Assembly: GCA_041690355.1 (NCBI GenBank)
Contig: JAWLHK010000020.1
Location: 1 to 64,000 of the forward strand
Reading direction: 5' to 3'
Length of the DNA stretch: 64,000 bases
DNA from: a bacterium
GTDB lineage: Bacteria > J088 > JAWLBW01
Shown here: piece after piece, positions 37,508-50,554 of the stretch
Layout: every line of letters begins with the position of its first letter
Position numbering within the stretch: position 1 is the first letter of the stretch
The notes under the pieces: generated by a model
Databases searched by the model: none
What the model saw: only the letters and a program-made list of their open reading frames with translations
Told to the model about the DNA's origin: nothing
Translations under genes and position numbers: made by a program

Positions 37508-38284
37508 GTGAACAAAGAAGTGTTGATTGAGCGCCGCAATGCGGTTTCCATTCTTACCTTGAACCGCCCCGACGCGTACAATGCGCTCGGCATCTCGATC
37601 GCAGAGCAGTTTGCCAACGCGATCATTGACGAGGGAACCGATCCGGATGTGCGCGTGCTGGTCGTGACTGGCGCCGGCAAGGCCTTTTCGGGCGGCGGCG
37701 ACATCAAGGGCATGCAGGAGTACATGAGCGGCGACCCGGTCCTCTTCTTCAAGCGCCTGGTCATGTACCTGAATGCGGCCATCCTCGAGATGACGCGCCT
37801 CGAGAAGCCGATTCTCGGGGCCATCAACGGTATTGCCGCCGGAGCGGGCCTCAGCGTGGCCCTCTGCTGCGACATGCTCTTTGCCGCTGAAAGCGCCCGC
37901 TTCGACGCCGCCTATCACCGTGCCGGGGTCGTTCCCGACGGCGCGGCTTCGTTTCTGCTGCCGCGCACGCTGGGCTATCACCGGGCCATCGAGCTGATTT
38001 TCAGCGACCGGGCCCTCTCGGCACAGGAGGCGCTCGACTGGGGATTGATCAACCGCGTCGTGCCCGATACCGAACTCATGCCGCATGTGCTGGCGTTTGC
38101 TGAAAAGCTGGCCTCGGGCCCGATGACCGCGCTGGGGACGGCGAAGCGCCTCTTTCTCGAAGGCATGCAGAATACGCTGGAGTCGACCCTGGAGATTGAG
38201 CGCCAGGCGATTGCCGCGCGCGGGCGCACCGAAGAGTTCCGCCAGGCGGTGTCGCGGTTCATGAGCCGGGGGCGAAAAGACTGA
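37508..38284 (+). CDS. Enoyl-CoA hydratase/isomerase (PaaG-like)
   Basis: LNRPDAYNAL, AFSGGGD, AINGIAAGAG and GVVPDG motifs. Confidence 0.92.
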   Translation: MNKEVLIERRNAVSILTLNRPDAYNALGISIAEQFANAIIDEGTDPDVRVLVVTGAGKAFSGGGDIKGMQEYMSGDPVLFFKRLVMYLNAAILEMTRLEKPILGAINGIAAGAGLSVALCCDMLFAAESARFDAAYHRAGVVPDGAASFLLPRTLGYHRAIELIFSDRALSAQEALDWGLINRVVPDTELMPHVLAFAEKLASGPMTALGTAKRLFLEGMQNTLESTLEIERQAIAARGRTEEFRQAVSRFMSRGRKD

Positions 38285-40038
38285 TGGATGCAGAGGTCCG
38301 GCGGCAACTTGATCTGCAGTCGCTGGGTCCCTTCGACCCGCGCGGTTTCGACCGGACCCTGCTCGACGACCGGGAACTGCGCGATTACCTGCCAGCCCTC
38401 CGGTTTCTGACCTACATCTTCATCTTCGGCTCGTCGCTCTGCCTCACGCTGCTGAGCATCTTCGGCCTGCTCGTGGCGCCGCTCTGGACGGTGCTCCTCA
38501 TTCCCCTGGGCTGCTGGAGCTATGTCACCATCGCCGCCCGCAGGATGCGCGACGAGCCGCGCCGCTTTCACGTTCACACCACGTTCGCGGCTGCCGTCAG
38601 CACGTTGCTCTTCGTGCCGTTCGCGCGCGAGCCGGTTTCGACGCTCATGGTCTTCGTCGAGCTGGCCTTTCTCGCCCATTGCCTCTTCGCCTCGACGCCG
38701 CGCATGGCGCTGCGCCTGTGGGTGCTCGTGCTCGCGTCGATCTTCGGCGTCCGCGTTGCGCAGACCCAGCTGGGCAGCCCGGTCGGCCTCGCGCCGTATC
38801 CGGTGAACTGGGCGGCCATGATGGGTGTCGGCTGGGTGCTCGTGGTCGGCTTTCTCGTCGTGTGGATGCTTACGTATTCCGTCTGGCAGCAGAAGCTGCG
38901 GGGGATGCAGGCGCAGGCCGAACTCGATCGCGCCTATCAGGATCTGCGCGCGCTCGAGCGTTCGCGCAGCGAATTCCTGAGCTCCATCACGCACGATCTG
39001 AAGACGCCGCTCGTTACGATACACGGTTATCTGGACCTCGCCCTGCGGCAGCAGATTGCGCCCGGTCTCGCCCAGGGGCTGCGGGTGGCGAAACGCAACG
39101 CGACCCGCCTGCAGCACCTGATTGAAGACCTGCTGCTGGCGGCGGATCCGCAATCGGCCCGCACCCGGCTGCGCTTCGAGCAGGTGTCGCTCGCCGAGGT
39201 CATCGAAGAAGAGCGGGCCAGCTTTCACAACCTGGCCGGCTCGAAACAGCTGCAGATCGTCATGCGCACCGAGGGGGCGCCGGTGGCGTGGGCCGATCGG
39301 CAGCGGGTCGGCCAGATTCTGGGGAACCTGCTCGACAATGCCATCCGTTTTTCGCCCGAGCGGGCGACGGTCGAAATCGGCGCCGCGCCCGACGGCCCCG
39401 GCGAGACGCGGATGTGGATTCAGGATGCCGGCCCGGGCATTCCCCCCGAGCACATCAAGCACCTCTTCGAAACGCACTACATTCGCGCCCAGGACGAGCG
39501 GGCGAAACCGGGGATGGGGATGGGCCTGGTCATCTGCCAGCGCCTTGCCACCGCCATGGGCGGACGCATCTCGGTCGAAAGCCGTCCGGGGCAGGGAACC
39601 CGCTTCGACATCGTTTTTCCCACGCGCGAACCGGGCCGCGTCGAAACGGCGCCGGCCGACCGGCGCCGGGCCCTGGTGCTCGACGACGAGAGCGACGTGC
39701 TCGAACTCGTCGCCTACCACCTGCGCACGGCGGGCTTTGATCCGGTTCTCATCCAGAACGGTACGGCCGCCCTGGAAAGGGCCATGCAGGAGGATTTCGA
39801 GCTCATCCTGCTCGACGTGAACGTGCCCGGCCTGACGGGGGTCGAGGTGTCGCGGCGGCAGCGCGAGGCGCGCCGTCAGGGCAAGATCCTGCTGTTTTCG
39901 GCGCTCATCCGCCACGACGCAGAACGCCTGCTGCTCGAAGCGCGCGCCGACGGTTTTCTCCCGAAACCATTCGGCTTCGAGCAGATCGCGCAGGTGCTCT
40001 CCGAAGCGGCCCAGGACGGCACTTCGGCCGTGAACTGA
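38284..40038 (+). CDS. Hybrid sensor histidine kinase/response regulator
   Basis: TM N-terminus, HDLKTPL H-box, NLLDNA, DAGPGI, GMGMGL and a C-terminal REC domain. Confidence 0.93.
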   Translation: MDAEVRRQLDLQSLGPFDPRGFDRTLLDDRELRDYLPALRFLTYIFIFGSSLCLTLLSIFGLLVAPLWTVLLIPLGCWSYVTIAARRMRDEPRRFHVHTTFAAAVSTLLFVPFAREPVSTLMVFVELAFLAHCLFASTPRMALRLWVLVLASIFGVRVAQTQLGSPVGLAPYPVNWAAMMGVGWVLVVGFLVVWMLTYSVWQQKLRGMQAQAELDRAYQDLRALERSRSEFLSSITHDLKTPLVTIHGYLDLALRQQIAPGLAQGLRVAKRNATRLQHLIEDLLLAADPQSARTRLRFEQVSLAEVIEEERASFHNLAGSKQLQIVMRTEGAPVAWADRQRVGQILGNLLDNAIRFSPERATVEIGAAPDGPGETRMWIQDAGPGIPPEHIKHLFETHYIRAQDERAKPGMGMGLVICQRLATAMGGRISVESRPGQGTRFDIVFPTREPGRVETAPADRRRALVLDDESDVLELVAYHLRTAGFDPVLIQNGTAALERAMQEDFELILLDVNVPGLTGVEVSRRQREARRQGKILLFSALIRHDAERLLLEARADGFLPKPFGFEQIAQVLSEAAQDGTSAVN

Positions 40039-40062
40039 CCCCGTTTTCCGGGCTTCGCGCTC

Positions 40063-40092
40063 TTGACACTCCAATCCCCGGCTTTCTACAAT
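40063..40092 (+). promoter_or_regulatory. Sigma70-type promoter of glyQ operon
   Basis: TTGACA-18 bp-TACAAT. Confidence 0.7.
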
Positions 40093-40148
40093 AAGGGATT
40101 CATGACCGAGCGCCCCGGCAGCGTTTTTTCTCCTCAGCCAGGACTCCA

Positions 40149-41027
40149 GTGACCTTTCAGCAGTTGATCCTCGCCCTGCAGACCTACTGGGCGAAACAGA
40201 ATTGCGTCATCCAGCAGCCGTACGACATGGAAGTCGGCGCCGGCACGTTTCACCCGGCGACCCTGCTGCGCGTGCTTGGCCCAGAACCGTGGAATGCGGC
40301 CTACGTGCAGCCCAGCCGCCGACCGACCGACGGACGTTACGGCGAGAATCCGAACCGGCTGCAGCACTACTACCAGTTCCAGGTCATCATGAAGCCGAGC
40401 CCGCTGAACATTCAGGAGCTCTACCTGAACAGCCTGCGCGCCTTCGGCATCGATCCATTGGAACATGACATCCGTTTCGTGCGCGACGACTGGGAGAGCC
40501 CCACGCTCGGCGCCTGGGGGCTCGGCTGGGAGGTCTGGCTCGACGGCATGGAGATCACCCAGTTTACCTACTTCCAGCAGGCGGGCGGCATCGATCTGAA
40601 ACCGGTCACGGTTGAAATTACGTACGGAGTCGAGCGCATCGCCATGTACCTGCAGGGGGTGAACTCGGTCTACGATCTCGTGTGGACTCCCGGCGTGACC
40701 TACGGCGATGTCTTTCACCAGAACGAAGTCGAAGGGTCGACCTTCAACTTTGAAATCGCCGACACCGCGCTGTACTTCCAGCTCTTCGACCAGTTCGAGC
40801 GCGAATGCAACCGCGTGCTCGATGCCGGCCTCGTGCTCCCGGCCTACGAGTACTGCCTCAAGTGCTCGCACTCCTTCAACATCCTCGATGCCCGCCGCGC
40901 CATTTCGGTTACCGAGAGGCAGCGGTTCATCGGCCGGGTGCGCGCGTTGGCCAAGCGCTGTGCCGAAGCTTACGTCGCCCAGCGCGAGCGGCTCGGCTTT
41001 CCGATGCTGAAAGATCGGGCGGCCTGA
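40149..41027 (+). CDS. glyQ: Glycine-tRNA ligase alpha subunit
   Basis: [32 protein letters not shown] and [14 protein letters not shown] motifs. Confidence 0.98.
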   Translation: MTFQQLILALQTYWAKQNCVIQQPYDMEVGAGTFHPATLLRVLGPEPWNAAYVQPSRRPTDGRYGENPNRLQHYYQFQVIMKPSPLNIQELYLNSLRAFGIDPLEHDIRFVRDDWESPTLGAWGLGWEVWLDGMEITQFTYFQQAGGIDLKPVTVEITYGVERIAMYLQGVNSVYDLVWTPGVTYGDVFHQNEVEGSTFNFEIADTALYFQLFDQFERECNRVLDAGLVLPAYEYCLKCSHSFNILDARRAISVTERQRFIGRVRALAKRCAEAYVAQRERLGFPMLKDRAA

Positions 41028-41036
41028 GGAGAATCC

Positions 41037-43142
41037 ATGCCCGAACTGCTTTTTGAAATCGGTTGCGAGGAAATCCCCGCCGATGCCGTCGCCGGCGCCA
41101 TCGCCGGTCTGCGCCAGCAGGCGCTCGAACGCTTTCAGTCGGCGCGGCTCGCGGTCGACCCGGCGTGCGTGCATGTCTGGTGCACTCCGCGCCGCCTGAC
41201 GCTCGCCGTCGAAGAGCTTCCCGCCGCGCAGCCGGCCGTTGAAGAAGAACTGACGGGCCCCCCGTGGAAGGTGGCCTTCGACGCCGAAGGCAAGCCGACC
41301 AAGGCGGCCGAATCCTTCGCCCAGCGCAATGGCGTGCCGGTCGCGAAGCTGCAGCGCATCGCGACCGACAAGGGCGACTATGTCGGCGTCCGGCGCAAGC
41401 TGAAGGCCGAGAAGACCGCGAAGCTGCTCCCCGGCCTGCTCGGGGAACTGATTCGTTCGGTTCCGTTTCCCAAATCGATGCGCTGGGGCGCTCACGATGA
41501 AACCTTCGTGCGCCCGGTGCATTGGCTGGTCGCCCTGTTCGACGGTCGCCGCATCCACGTCGAGTTCACGGGCATCCGCAGTGGAAACAAGACGCGCGGG
41601 CACCGCTTTCTCGCGCCGAAGTCTTTCGCGGTGTCGTCGATCGACGACTACCGGACGAAACTCGAGGCCGCCTTTGTCGTCGTCGATCAGGATGAGCGCA
41701 AGCGGCGAATCGCCGAGCAGGCTGCGGCGCGCGCGGCCGAGGCCGGCGGGCGGATCAAGGAGGCCCCCGAGCTGCTCGAGCAGGTGACGCATCTTGTGGA
41801 GTGGCCCAACGCCCTGCGGGGAACGATTGAGGAGCGGTTTCTCGAGATCCCCGCCGAAGTCATCAGCACGTCCATGGCCGATCACCAGCGCTACTTCTCG
41901 GTCGTCGCCCCCGACGCACGCCTGTTGCCGTTCTTCGTCACCATCAGCAACATGAAGACCGACGCGCACTCCGAGAAGATCATTCTCTCGGGGAACCAGC
42001 GTGTACTTGCCGCGCGTCTCTCCGACGCCGCTTTCTTCGTGCGTGAGGACCTCAAGCGTCCGCTCGCCGAACGCACGGTCGACCTGAAGACGATTACCTT
42101 CCAGGCGAAGCTCGGTTCCTCCTACGAGAAGTACGAGCGCTTCGCGAAGCTGGCCCGCGACTTCAATCTCCTTCTCCGCCGCGTCGACGAACCGGCGCTC
42201 GATAGGGCGGCGCTCCTGGCCAAGGCCGATCTTACGACGGGCATGGTGGGCGAATTTCCCGAGCTGCAGGGCGACATCGGCGCCGAATACGCCCGCCGTC
42301 AGGGCGAGCCGGCCGATGTCGCGCAGGCGGTTGCCGATCACTACCGGCCGCGCTTTGCCAGCGACGCGCTGCCGCAGGGCGACCTCGGCGCGCTGGTTGG
42401 CCTCGCCGATCGCATCGATACGGTCGTCGGCATCTTCGGCATCGGCCTCATGCCGACCGGTACGGCCGACCCGTTCGCGCTGCGCCGCAACGCGCTCGCG
42501 ATACTCAACATTCTGCTCGATCGCCGTTACGATCTGCACCTGAGCGCCATGGTCGATCTGGCCCTCGATCTGCTGGAACCGAAGCTGACGCGTGCGCGCG
42601 CCGACGTGCGCAACGACGTTCTCCAGTTCTTCCGCGGGCGCTACGAGAACCTGCTGCGCACGCAGGGGATGGCGCTCGACGAAATCGAGGCCGTACTCGC
42701 GCGCGGGTTCGACGACGCGGTCGACGCGCGCGACCGTATCGGCGCGCTGCACCGGTTCCGCCAGGACCCCGCCTTCGAGGCGCTCGCGACGGCATTCAAG
42801 CGGGCCGCGAACATCGTGCAGAAGGAGCTGGGCGGCCAGCCTGCGGCAGCGGTCGAGGCCGCGCTCTTCGAGCACGATGCCGAACGCGATCTGCTCGCGC
42901 GCCTCGACGCAGACCAGGGCGAGATTGCCCGGCTGTTCGCCGAACGAAAATATGAAGATGCCCTGCGGGTCGTGAGCGGCCTGCGGGAGCCCGTCGACCG
43001 GTTTTTTACGGACGTGCTGGTCGTCGCTCAGGACCCCCGGGTCAAGGCGAACCGCCTCGCGCTGCTGGCGAAGCTGCGCGGGCTGTTCGATTCCTTCGCC
43101 GATTTCACCCGCCTCGGGGGCGGAGCCGCGTCCGGCAGCTGA
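41037..43142 (+). CDS. glyS: Glycine-tRNA ligase beta subunit
   Basis: LLFEIGCEEIP, TPRRL, KSMRW, FVRPV, EFPELQG and DPFALRR motifs. Confidence 0.97.
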   Translation: MPELLFEIGCEEIPADAVAGAIAGLRQQALERFQSARLAVDPACVHVWCTPRRLTLAVEELPAAQPAVEEELTGPPWKVAFDAEGKPTKAAESFAQRNGVPVAKLQRIATDKGDYVGVRRKLKAEKTAKLLPGLLGELIRSVPFPKSMRWGAHDETFVRPVHWLVALFDGRRIHVEFTGIRSGNKTRGHRFLAPKSFAVSSIDDYRTKLEAAFVVVDQDERKRRIAEQAAARAAEAGGRIKEAPELLEQVTHLVEWPNALRGTIEERFLEIPAEVISTSMADHQRYFSVVAPDARLLPFFVTISNMKTDAHSEKIILSGNQRVLAARLSDAAFFVREDLKRPLAERTVDLKTITFQAKLGSSYEKYERFAKLARDFNLLLRRVDEPALDRAALLAKADLTTGMVGEFPELQGDIGAEYARRQGEPADVAQAVADHYRPRFASDALPQGDLGALVGLADRIDTVVGIFGIGLMPTGTADPFALRRNALAILNILLDRRYDLHLSAMVDLALDLLEPKLTRARADVRNDVLQFFRGRYENLLRTQGMALDEIEAVLARGFDDAVDARDRIGALHRFRQDPAFEALATAFKRAANIVQKELGGQPAAAVEAALFEHDAERDLLARLDADQGEIARLFAERKYEDALRVVSGLREPVDRFFTDVLVVAQDPRVKANRLALLAKLRGLFDSFADFTRLGGGAASGS

Positions 43143-43155
43143 AGGAGCAAGTACT

Positions 43156-46056
<2,901 letters not shown>

Positions 46057-46141
46057 TCCCGCGGGCGGACTTTTGGAACGGGCGTCTCCTGCCGGGGGCG
46101 TCCGTTTCTTTCTTTCACAACGCGCGCCTCTTCTCGGGGCC

Positions 46142-46768
46142 TCAGGGAGCCACGGTCGTCGGAGCGCCGCCGCCCGCGGCCCGGCGGAACTCGCGTGTCC
46201 ACGTGACCGCTTTCGGCAGGCGGTCGCTGCTGATCGAAACCTGAAGCGTGAGCGTGTTCCCGTCTTCAGACAAGTCGTAGACATTGCGCCGGACGCCGTC
46301 GCGGTTGCCGATGGCCTGCACGAGGCGGCCGTCGTCCCACGCGTGCGCGGCCTGAAAGGTCTCGCCCTCGGTGCGGTAATCCGTGGTTCCCCCGTCGAGT
46401 TCGTCGACGACCGGCGGACGCTCATCACACGTGACCGAAACCCGCGTGCCTTCAGCCGCGATGTCGAGCGCGCTGCAGGCCACGGCGATGTTCTGCAGCT
46501 TGCGGCGCGCGAACGGCCGCTTCAGAAAGAACATCTCGGCCACCGTCGCGTCAATGGCGCTGCCGATAATCGCCTGGGCCTCTTCGGGCGTGGCCGCCGA
46601 CGTCCAGCTTCCGGTCAGCCGTTCGAGCTCGGCGGGCACGTCCTGTGCCGGGGCCGGTGCCGCGAGAAACACCCAGGCGGCCGCCACGCAGGCCGTTGCC
46701 ATCCGCCGAAACGCGGGCGGCCAAAATGCACCTCGCGGTGCAGGGTCGGAGGTTCTCCTTCGGCGCAT
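46142..46768 (-). CDS. Hypothetical exported protein (lipocalin/FABP-like beta pattern)
   Basis: Signal-like segment ending APA/QD, LTGSW motif and beta-strand pattern; start uncertain (46702 alternative). Confidence 0.55.
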   Translation of the reverse strand: MRRRRTSDPAPRGAFWPPAFRRMATACVAAAWVFLAAPAPAQDVPAELERLTGSWTSAATPEEAQAIIGSAIDATVAEMFFLKRPFARRKLQNIAVACSALDIAAEGTRVSVTCDERPPVVDELDGGTTDYRTEGETFQAAHAWDDGRLVQAIGNRDGVRRNVYDLSEDGNTLTLQVSISSDRLPKAVTWTREFRRAAGGGAPTTVAP

Positions 46769-46933
46769 GGCTTCAGCATACGCCCGGGGAGACGCGCATG
46801 CGACGGCAGGGGGCGACCCGGCCGACGGCGGGGGAGCGGAGTGCCCGGGGGAGCCTGTCGGGAACCGGGGGGGAATTGTTACAATGATCGATTCCAATCC
46901 TACTTTTTTGCCCACCCAGGGAGCACAGCCGCA

Positions 46934-48604
46934 ATGAGCGACCAGAAAATCATCTTCTCCATGTCGAAGGTCTCGAAGGCCTATAAGGACAAGAAGGTCA
47001 TCGAAGACATCAGCCTTTCGTTCTTCTACGGCGCCAAGATCGGCGTACTTGGGTTGAACGGGGCGGGTAAATCGACGCTGCTGCGGATCATTGCCGGCGA
47101 AGACAAGCAGTACATGGGCGAGGTGAACGCCAGCAAAGGGGTGAGCTTCGGGATGCTGGCCCAGGAGCCGCAGCTCGACGAGTCCCGCACGGTCAAGCAA
47201 ATCGTGCGCGAAGGCGCCGCCGAAGTCGCCGAGCTGCTCGAGAAGTACGAGGCCGTCAGCGCGAAGTTCGCCGATCCCGATGCGGACTACGACAAACTCA
47301 TGGAAGAGCAGGGCAAGCTGCAGGACCGCATCGAGCAGCTGAATGGCTGGGATCTCGACAGCCGCCTCGAGCAGGCCATGGACGCGCTGCGTTGCCCCGA
47401 CGGCGACACGCCGATCAAGGTCTGCTCGGGCGGCGAGCGCCGCCGGGTCGCCCTGTGCCGCCTGCTGCTGCAGAAGCCCGACGTCCTGCTCCTCGACGAG
47501 CCGACGAACCATCTCGACGCCGAGTCGGTGGCCTGGCTCGAGAAGTTTCTCCAGGACTACGAGGGGACGGTCATCGCGGTCACGCACGATCGCTACTTTC
47601 TCGACAACGTCGCCGGCTGGATCCTCGAGCTCGACCGCGGCCGCGGTATTCCCTTCAAGGGCAACTATTCCGGCTGGCTCGAACAGAAGTCTGCGCGCCT
47701 GGCCGTCGAGGAGAAGCAGGAGTCGAAGCGGCAGAAGACGCTCGAACGCGAACTCGAGTGGATTCGCACGAATCCCAAGGGGCGCACGGTCAAGAGCAAG
47801 GCGCGCATCACTGCTTATGAGGAACTGCTGTCGGAACAGGCCGACAAGCGGCGCGAGGATCTGGAAATCTACATCCCGCCCGGCCCGCGTCTCGGCGACA
47901 ACGTGATTGCCTTCGACGACGTCGCGAAGTCGTTCGGCGATCGGCTGCTGTATGAGAATCTGAGTTTCCGCCTCCCGCCCGGCGGCATCGTCGGTATCAT
48001 CGGTCCGAACGGCGCCGGTAAGTCGACCCTTTTCCGCATGATCATCGGGCAGGAGAAGCCCGACGCCGGCACGATCTCCATCGGCGAAACGGTCAAGCTC
48101 GGCTACGTCGATCAGAATCGGCCGCTCGACCCCAAGAAGCGCATCTGGGAAGAAATCGGTGACGGCCAGGATACGGTCCGGCTCGGCAAGCAGGAAGTGA
48201 ACACCCGTTCCTACGTCGCGCGGTTCAACTTCACCGGCAGCGACCAGCAGAAGCTGACCACCGAGGTCTCGGGGGGCGAACGCAACCGCGTGCATCTCGC
48301 CAAGATGCTCAAGGAGGGGGCGAACGTGCTGCTGCTCGACGAACCGAGCAACGACCTCGACGTGAACACCCTGCGCGCGCTCGAAGAAGCGCTGTTGAAC
48401 TTCGCGGGCTGCGCCGTGGTCATCTCGCACGATCGCTGGTTTCTCGACCGTATCGCCACGCACATTCTCGCCTTCGAGGGTGACAGCGAGGTGGTCTGGT
48501 TCGAGGGCAACTATCAGGACTACGAAGCGGACCGCCGCCGCCGCCTCGGCGACAGGGCCGACCGGCCGCACCGCATCCAGTACAAGAAGCTCACGCGGAA
48601 TTGA
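46934..48604 (+). CDS. ettA: Energy-dependent translational throttle ABC-F ATPase
   Basis: SFFYGAKIGVLGLNGAGKST, two ABC domains, LERELEWIR and IPPGPRLG motifs. Confidence 0.96.
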   Translation: MSDQKIIFSMSKVSKAYKDKKVIEDISLSFFYGAKIGVLGLNGAGKSTLLRIIAGEDKQYMGEVNASKGVSFGMLAQEPQLDESRTVKQIVREGAAEVAELLEKYEAVSAKFADPDADYDKLMEEQGKLQDRIEQLNGWDLDSRLEQAMDALRCPDGDTPIKVCSGGERRRVALCRLLLQKPDVLLLDEPTNHLDAESVAWLEKFLQDYEGTVIAVTHDRYFLDNVAGWILELDRGRGIPFKGNYSGWLEQKSARLAVEEKQESKRQKTLERELEWIRTNPKGRTVKSKARITAYEELLSEQADKRREDLEIYIPPGPRLGDNVIAFDDVAKSFGDRLLYENLSFRLPPGGIVGIIGPNGAGKSTLFRMIIGQEKPDAGTISIGETVKLGYVDQNRPLDPKKRIWEEIGDGQDTVRLGKQEVNTRSYVARFNFTGSDQQKLTTEVSGGERNRVHLAKMLKEGANVLLLDEPSNDLDVNTLRALEEALLNFAGCAVVISHDRWFLDRIATHILAFEGDSEVVWFEGNYQDYEADRRRRLGDRADRPHRIQYKKLTRN

Positions 48605-49173
48605 CGATTTACGATTGACGATTGACGATTGACCGGCAAGAGCAGGAGTCGATTCTGCTCCAGTCGGTGCCCTCAGCCGACATCGGCTCGTCTTCGCCCG
48701 TGAGTGTCAGGGAGAGTTTTCGTTGCGGCGGGTCGTTCGGATGGAGGAGACCAGAATCGCGAAGAGCTGGTCGGCCTCTTCCTGGATGCCGCTCAGCCGT
48801 TCGTGAAGCTTTTCCAGATGCGGCCGGTCGCGCAGCAGTTCGAGCCAGTACCGGCATTCGTCGGCTTCCTCTTCGGCAATCTTGAGCTTCGCTATGAAAT
48901 CGGCCCTGGACCGTCCAAGGCAGGCGGCCCGGTAGTTTGCGCCGACCGATGTAGAGCATCGGATAAGCTGGTGCCCGATGACGCGCGTTGCTGCGCCCTC
49001 AGGAAGCGATTCCACAAAATCGATGACGGAATTGGCGAAGCGGCGCATCCGGCGCTTCATGGCGTCAGGGTTCATCCCTGCTACGCTAGTATAGTCGCGG
49101 CTTACCCGTCAACGAAAAAGCACTTATTTCCGATTTGAAAGTAATCGTCATTCGTCAATCGTAAATTGTCAAT
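48600..49173. mobile_element. Candidate 574-bp element: four-helix-bundle gene between 31-bp heptameric inverted repeats
   Basis: 48600..48630 matches the reverse complement of 49143..49173 at 29/31 positions; mobility is inferred only. Confidence 0.5.
48707..49075 (-). CDS. Four-helix-bundle protein (23S rRNA IVS protein / bAvd-like family)
   Basis: QLIRCSTSVGANYRAAC..RS.ADFIAKL.IAEEEADEC.YWLELL signature. Confidence 0.92.
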   Translation of the reverse strand: MNPDAMKRRMRRFANSVIDFVESLPEGAATRVIGHQLIRCSTSVGANYRAACLGRSRADFIAKLKIAEEEADECRYWLELLRDRPHLEKLHERLSGIQEEADQLFAILVSSIRTTRRNENSP

Positions 49174-49177
49174 CAGC

Positions 49178-49212
49178 AAAAAACCCAACTGCACAAGTTG
49201 CACAGTTGGGTT
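49178..49212 (-). terminator. Terminator after tRNA-Leu(GAG)
   Basis: aacccaactg...cagttgggtt hairpin with a T run on the minus strand. Confidence 0.8.
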
Positions 49213-49218
49213 CAAGTA

Positions 49219-49303
49219 TGGTGCCGAAGGCGGGATTCGAACCCGCACGGGTTTCCCCGCCACCCCCTCAAGATGGTGTGTCTGCCAGTTCCACCACTTC
49301 GGC
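49219..49303 (-). tRNA. tRNA-Leu(GAG)
   Basis: GCCGAAG acceptor, CCATC-TTGAGGG-GGTGG anticodon arm, long variable arm, CCA end; follows secG. Confidence 0.96.
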
Positions 49304-49329
49304 AAAGGGTCTGAGTCTTTTCGCGGACG

Positions 49330-49686
49330 TTACTGCGTTTCGTCGGTCAGCGGCTGGGCCACCGCTTCGTCGGCCGGCGCCGTCACCGGCGAACCCGGCT
49401 CTTCGGGCGCGACCTCGGACGGAACCGGTGCGCCCCCCATGATGCTCGTGGCGCCGCGGCCCGACATGTAGGCCAGCGAGAGCGACGTGAGGCCGAAGAT
49501 GATGGCCGCGGCCGTCGTCACCTTGCCCATGAAGCCGCCGGCGCCGGAGCTGCCGAACACCGTCGAGCTCGAACCGCCGCCGCCGAAGGCAAGCCCCATG
49601 CCGCCGCCCTTGCCGGGCTGCAGCAGCACCATCACTACGAGAACGATGGCGTCGATGACGTGAATGACTTTGAGAAACGTTTCCAT
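49330..49686 (-). CDS. secG: Preprotein translocase subunit SecG
   Basis: VLLQPGKG...FGGG...VFGS.G..FM.K.T pattern; tpiA-secG-tRNA-Leu synteny. Confidence 0.93.
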   Translation of the reverse strand: METFLKVIHVIDAIVLVVMVLLQPGKGGGMGLAFGGGGSSSTVFGSSGAGGFMGKVTTAAAIIFGLTSLSLAYMSGRGATSIMGGAPVPSEVAPEEPGSPVTAPADEAVAQPLTDETQ

Positions 49687-49764
49687 GAAATCAGCGAATC
49701 CTGTTTCTCTCCGGGGGTCCCTGAGAAAGGCTCGAAGGGAATGCAGAAGAGTGAAACGATTATC

Positions 49765-50532
49765 TTACCGGAAGTGCAGAAGCTTTGCAAATTTTCCGGC
49801 ATCGAGGCTGGCGCCCCCCACCAGAGCCCCGTCGACGTCCGGCTGCGCGAGCAGGATCGCGACGTTCTCCGGCGTGACCGAGCCGCCGTAGAGAATGCGT
49901 ACCGCCGCCAGCGTTTCGGCGCCGAACCGCAGTGCAAGGTGCGTGCGGATGAACGAGTGCACCTCCTGCGCCTGATCCGGGGTCGCCGTCTCGCCGGTGC
50001 CGATGGCCCAGACCGGTTCGTAGGCGAGCACGAGACGCGCTACGGCGGCCGCTTCAAGATCGGCGAGGGCGCCGTCGAGCTGGCGCGCGATCACGTCGAG
50101 TGTCTGATTGGATTTGCGGTCCTCGAGCCGCTCGCCGATGCAGACCACGGCCTGGAGGTCGGCCGCCAGCGCGGCTTTCAGCCGCTGATTCACGGTCGCG
50201 TCAGTCTCGCCGAAGTACTGGCGGCGCTCCGAGTGCCCGATGAGGGCCCCCGCGGCGCCGGCTTCCGTCAGCATGGCCGCCGATAACTCGCCGGTATAGG
50301 CGCCGTGGGTCGCCCAGTGCACGTTCTGTCCGTACACACGCACGCCGAGCGTCTGTCCCTCGGCCGCCGCATGCAGGGCGGTGGCCGGCGGGGCGATGCC
50401 GGCCTCGACATCGGCAGGCATTCCGGCAGAGCCGAGTTCGCGCGCCAGATCGGCGAAGAAAGACCGGGCCTCAGCCGCGGTCTTGTGCATTTTCCAGTTG
50501 CCGATGATGAGCGGCGTGCGGGATTCGTTCAT
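49765..50532 (-). CDS. tpiA: Triosephosphate isomerase
   Basis: [28 protein letters not shown] and VGGASL motifs. Confidence 0.98.
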   Translation of the reverse strand: MNESRTPLIIGNWKMHKTAAEARSFFADLARELGSAGMPADVEAGIAPPATALHAAAEGQTLGVRVYGQNVHWATHGAYTGELSAAMLTEAGAAGALIGHSERRQYFGETDATVNQRLKAALAADLQAVVCIGERLEDRKSNQTLDVIARQLDGALADLEAAAVARLVLAYEPVWAIGTGETATPDQAQEVHSFIRTHLALRFGAETLAAVRILYGGSVTPENVAILLAQPDVDGALVGGASLDAGKFAKLLHFR

Positions 50533-50554
50533 GGAGTCTCCTCTGGCGCGCGGC

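Noticed and set aside
48707-49075. Diversity-generating retroelement or 23S rRNA IVS
   Set aside because: No reverse transcriptase, TR/VR pair or rRNA in the window.
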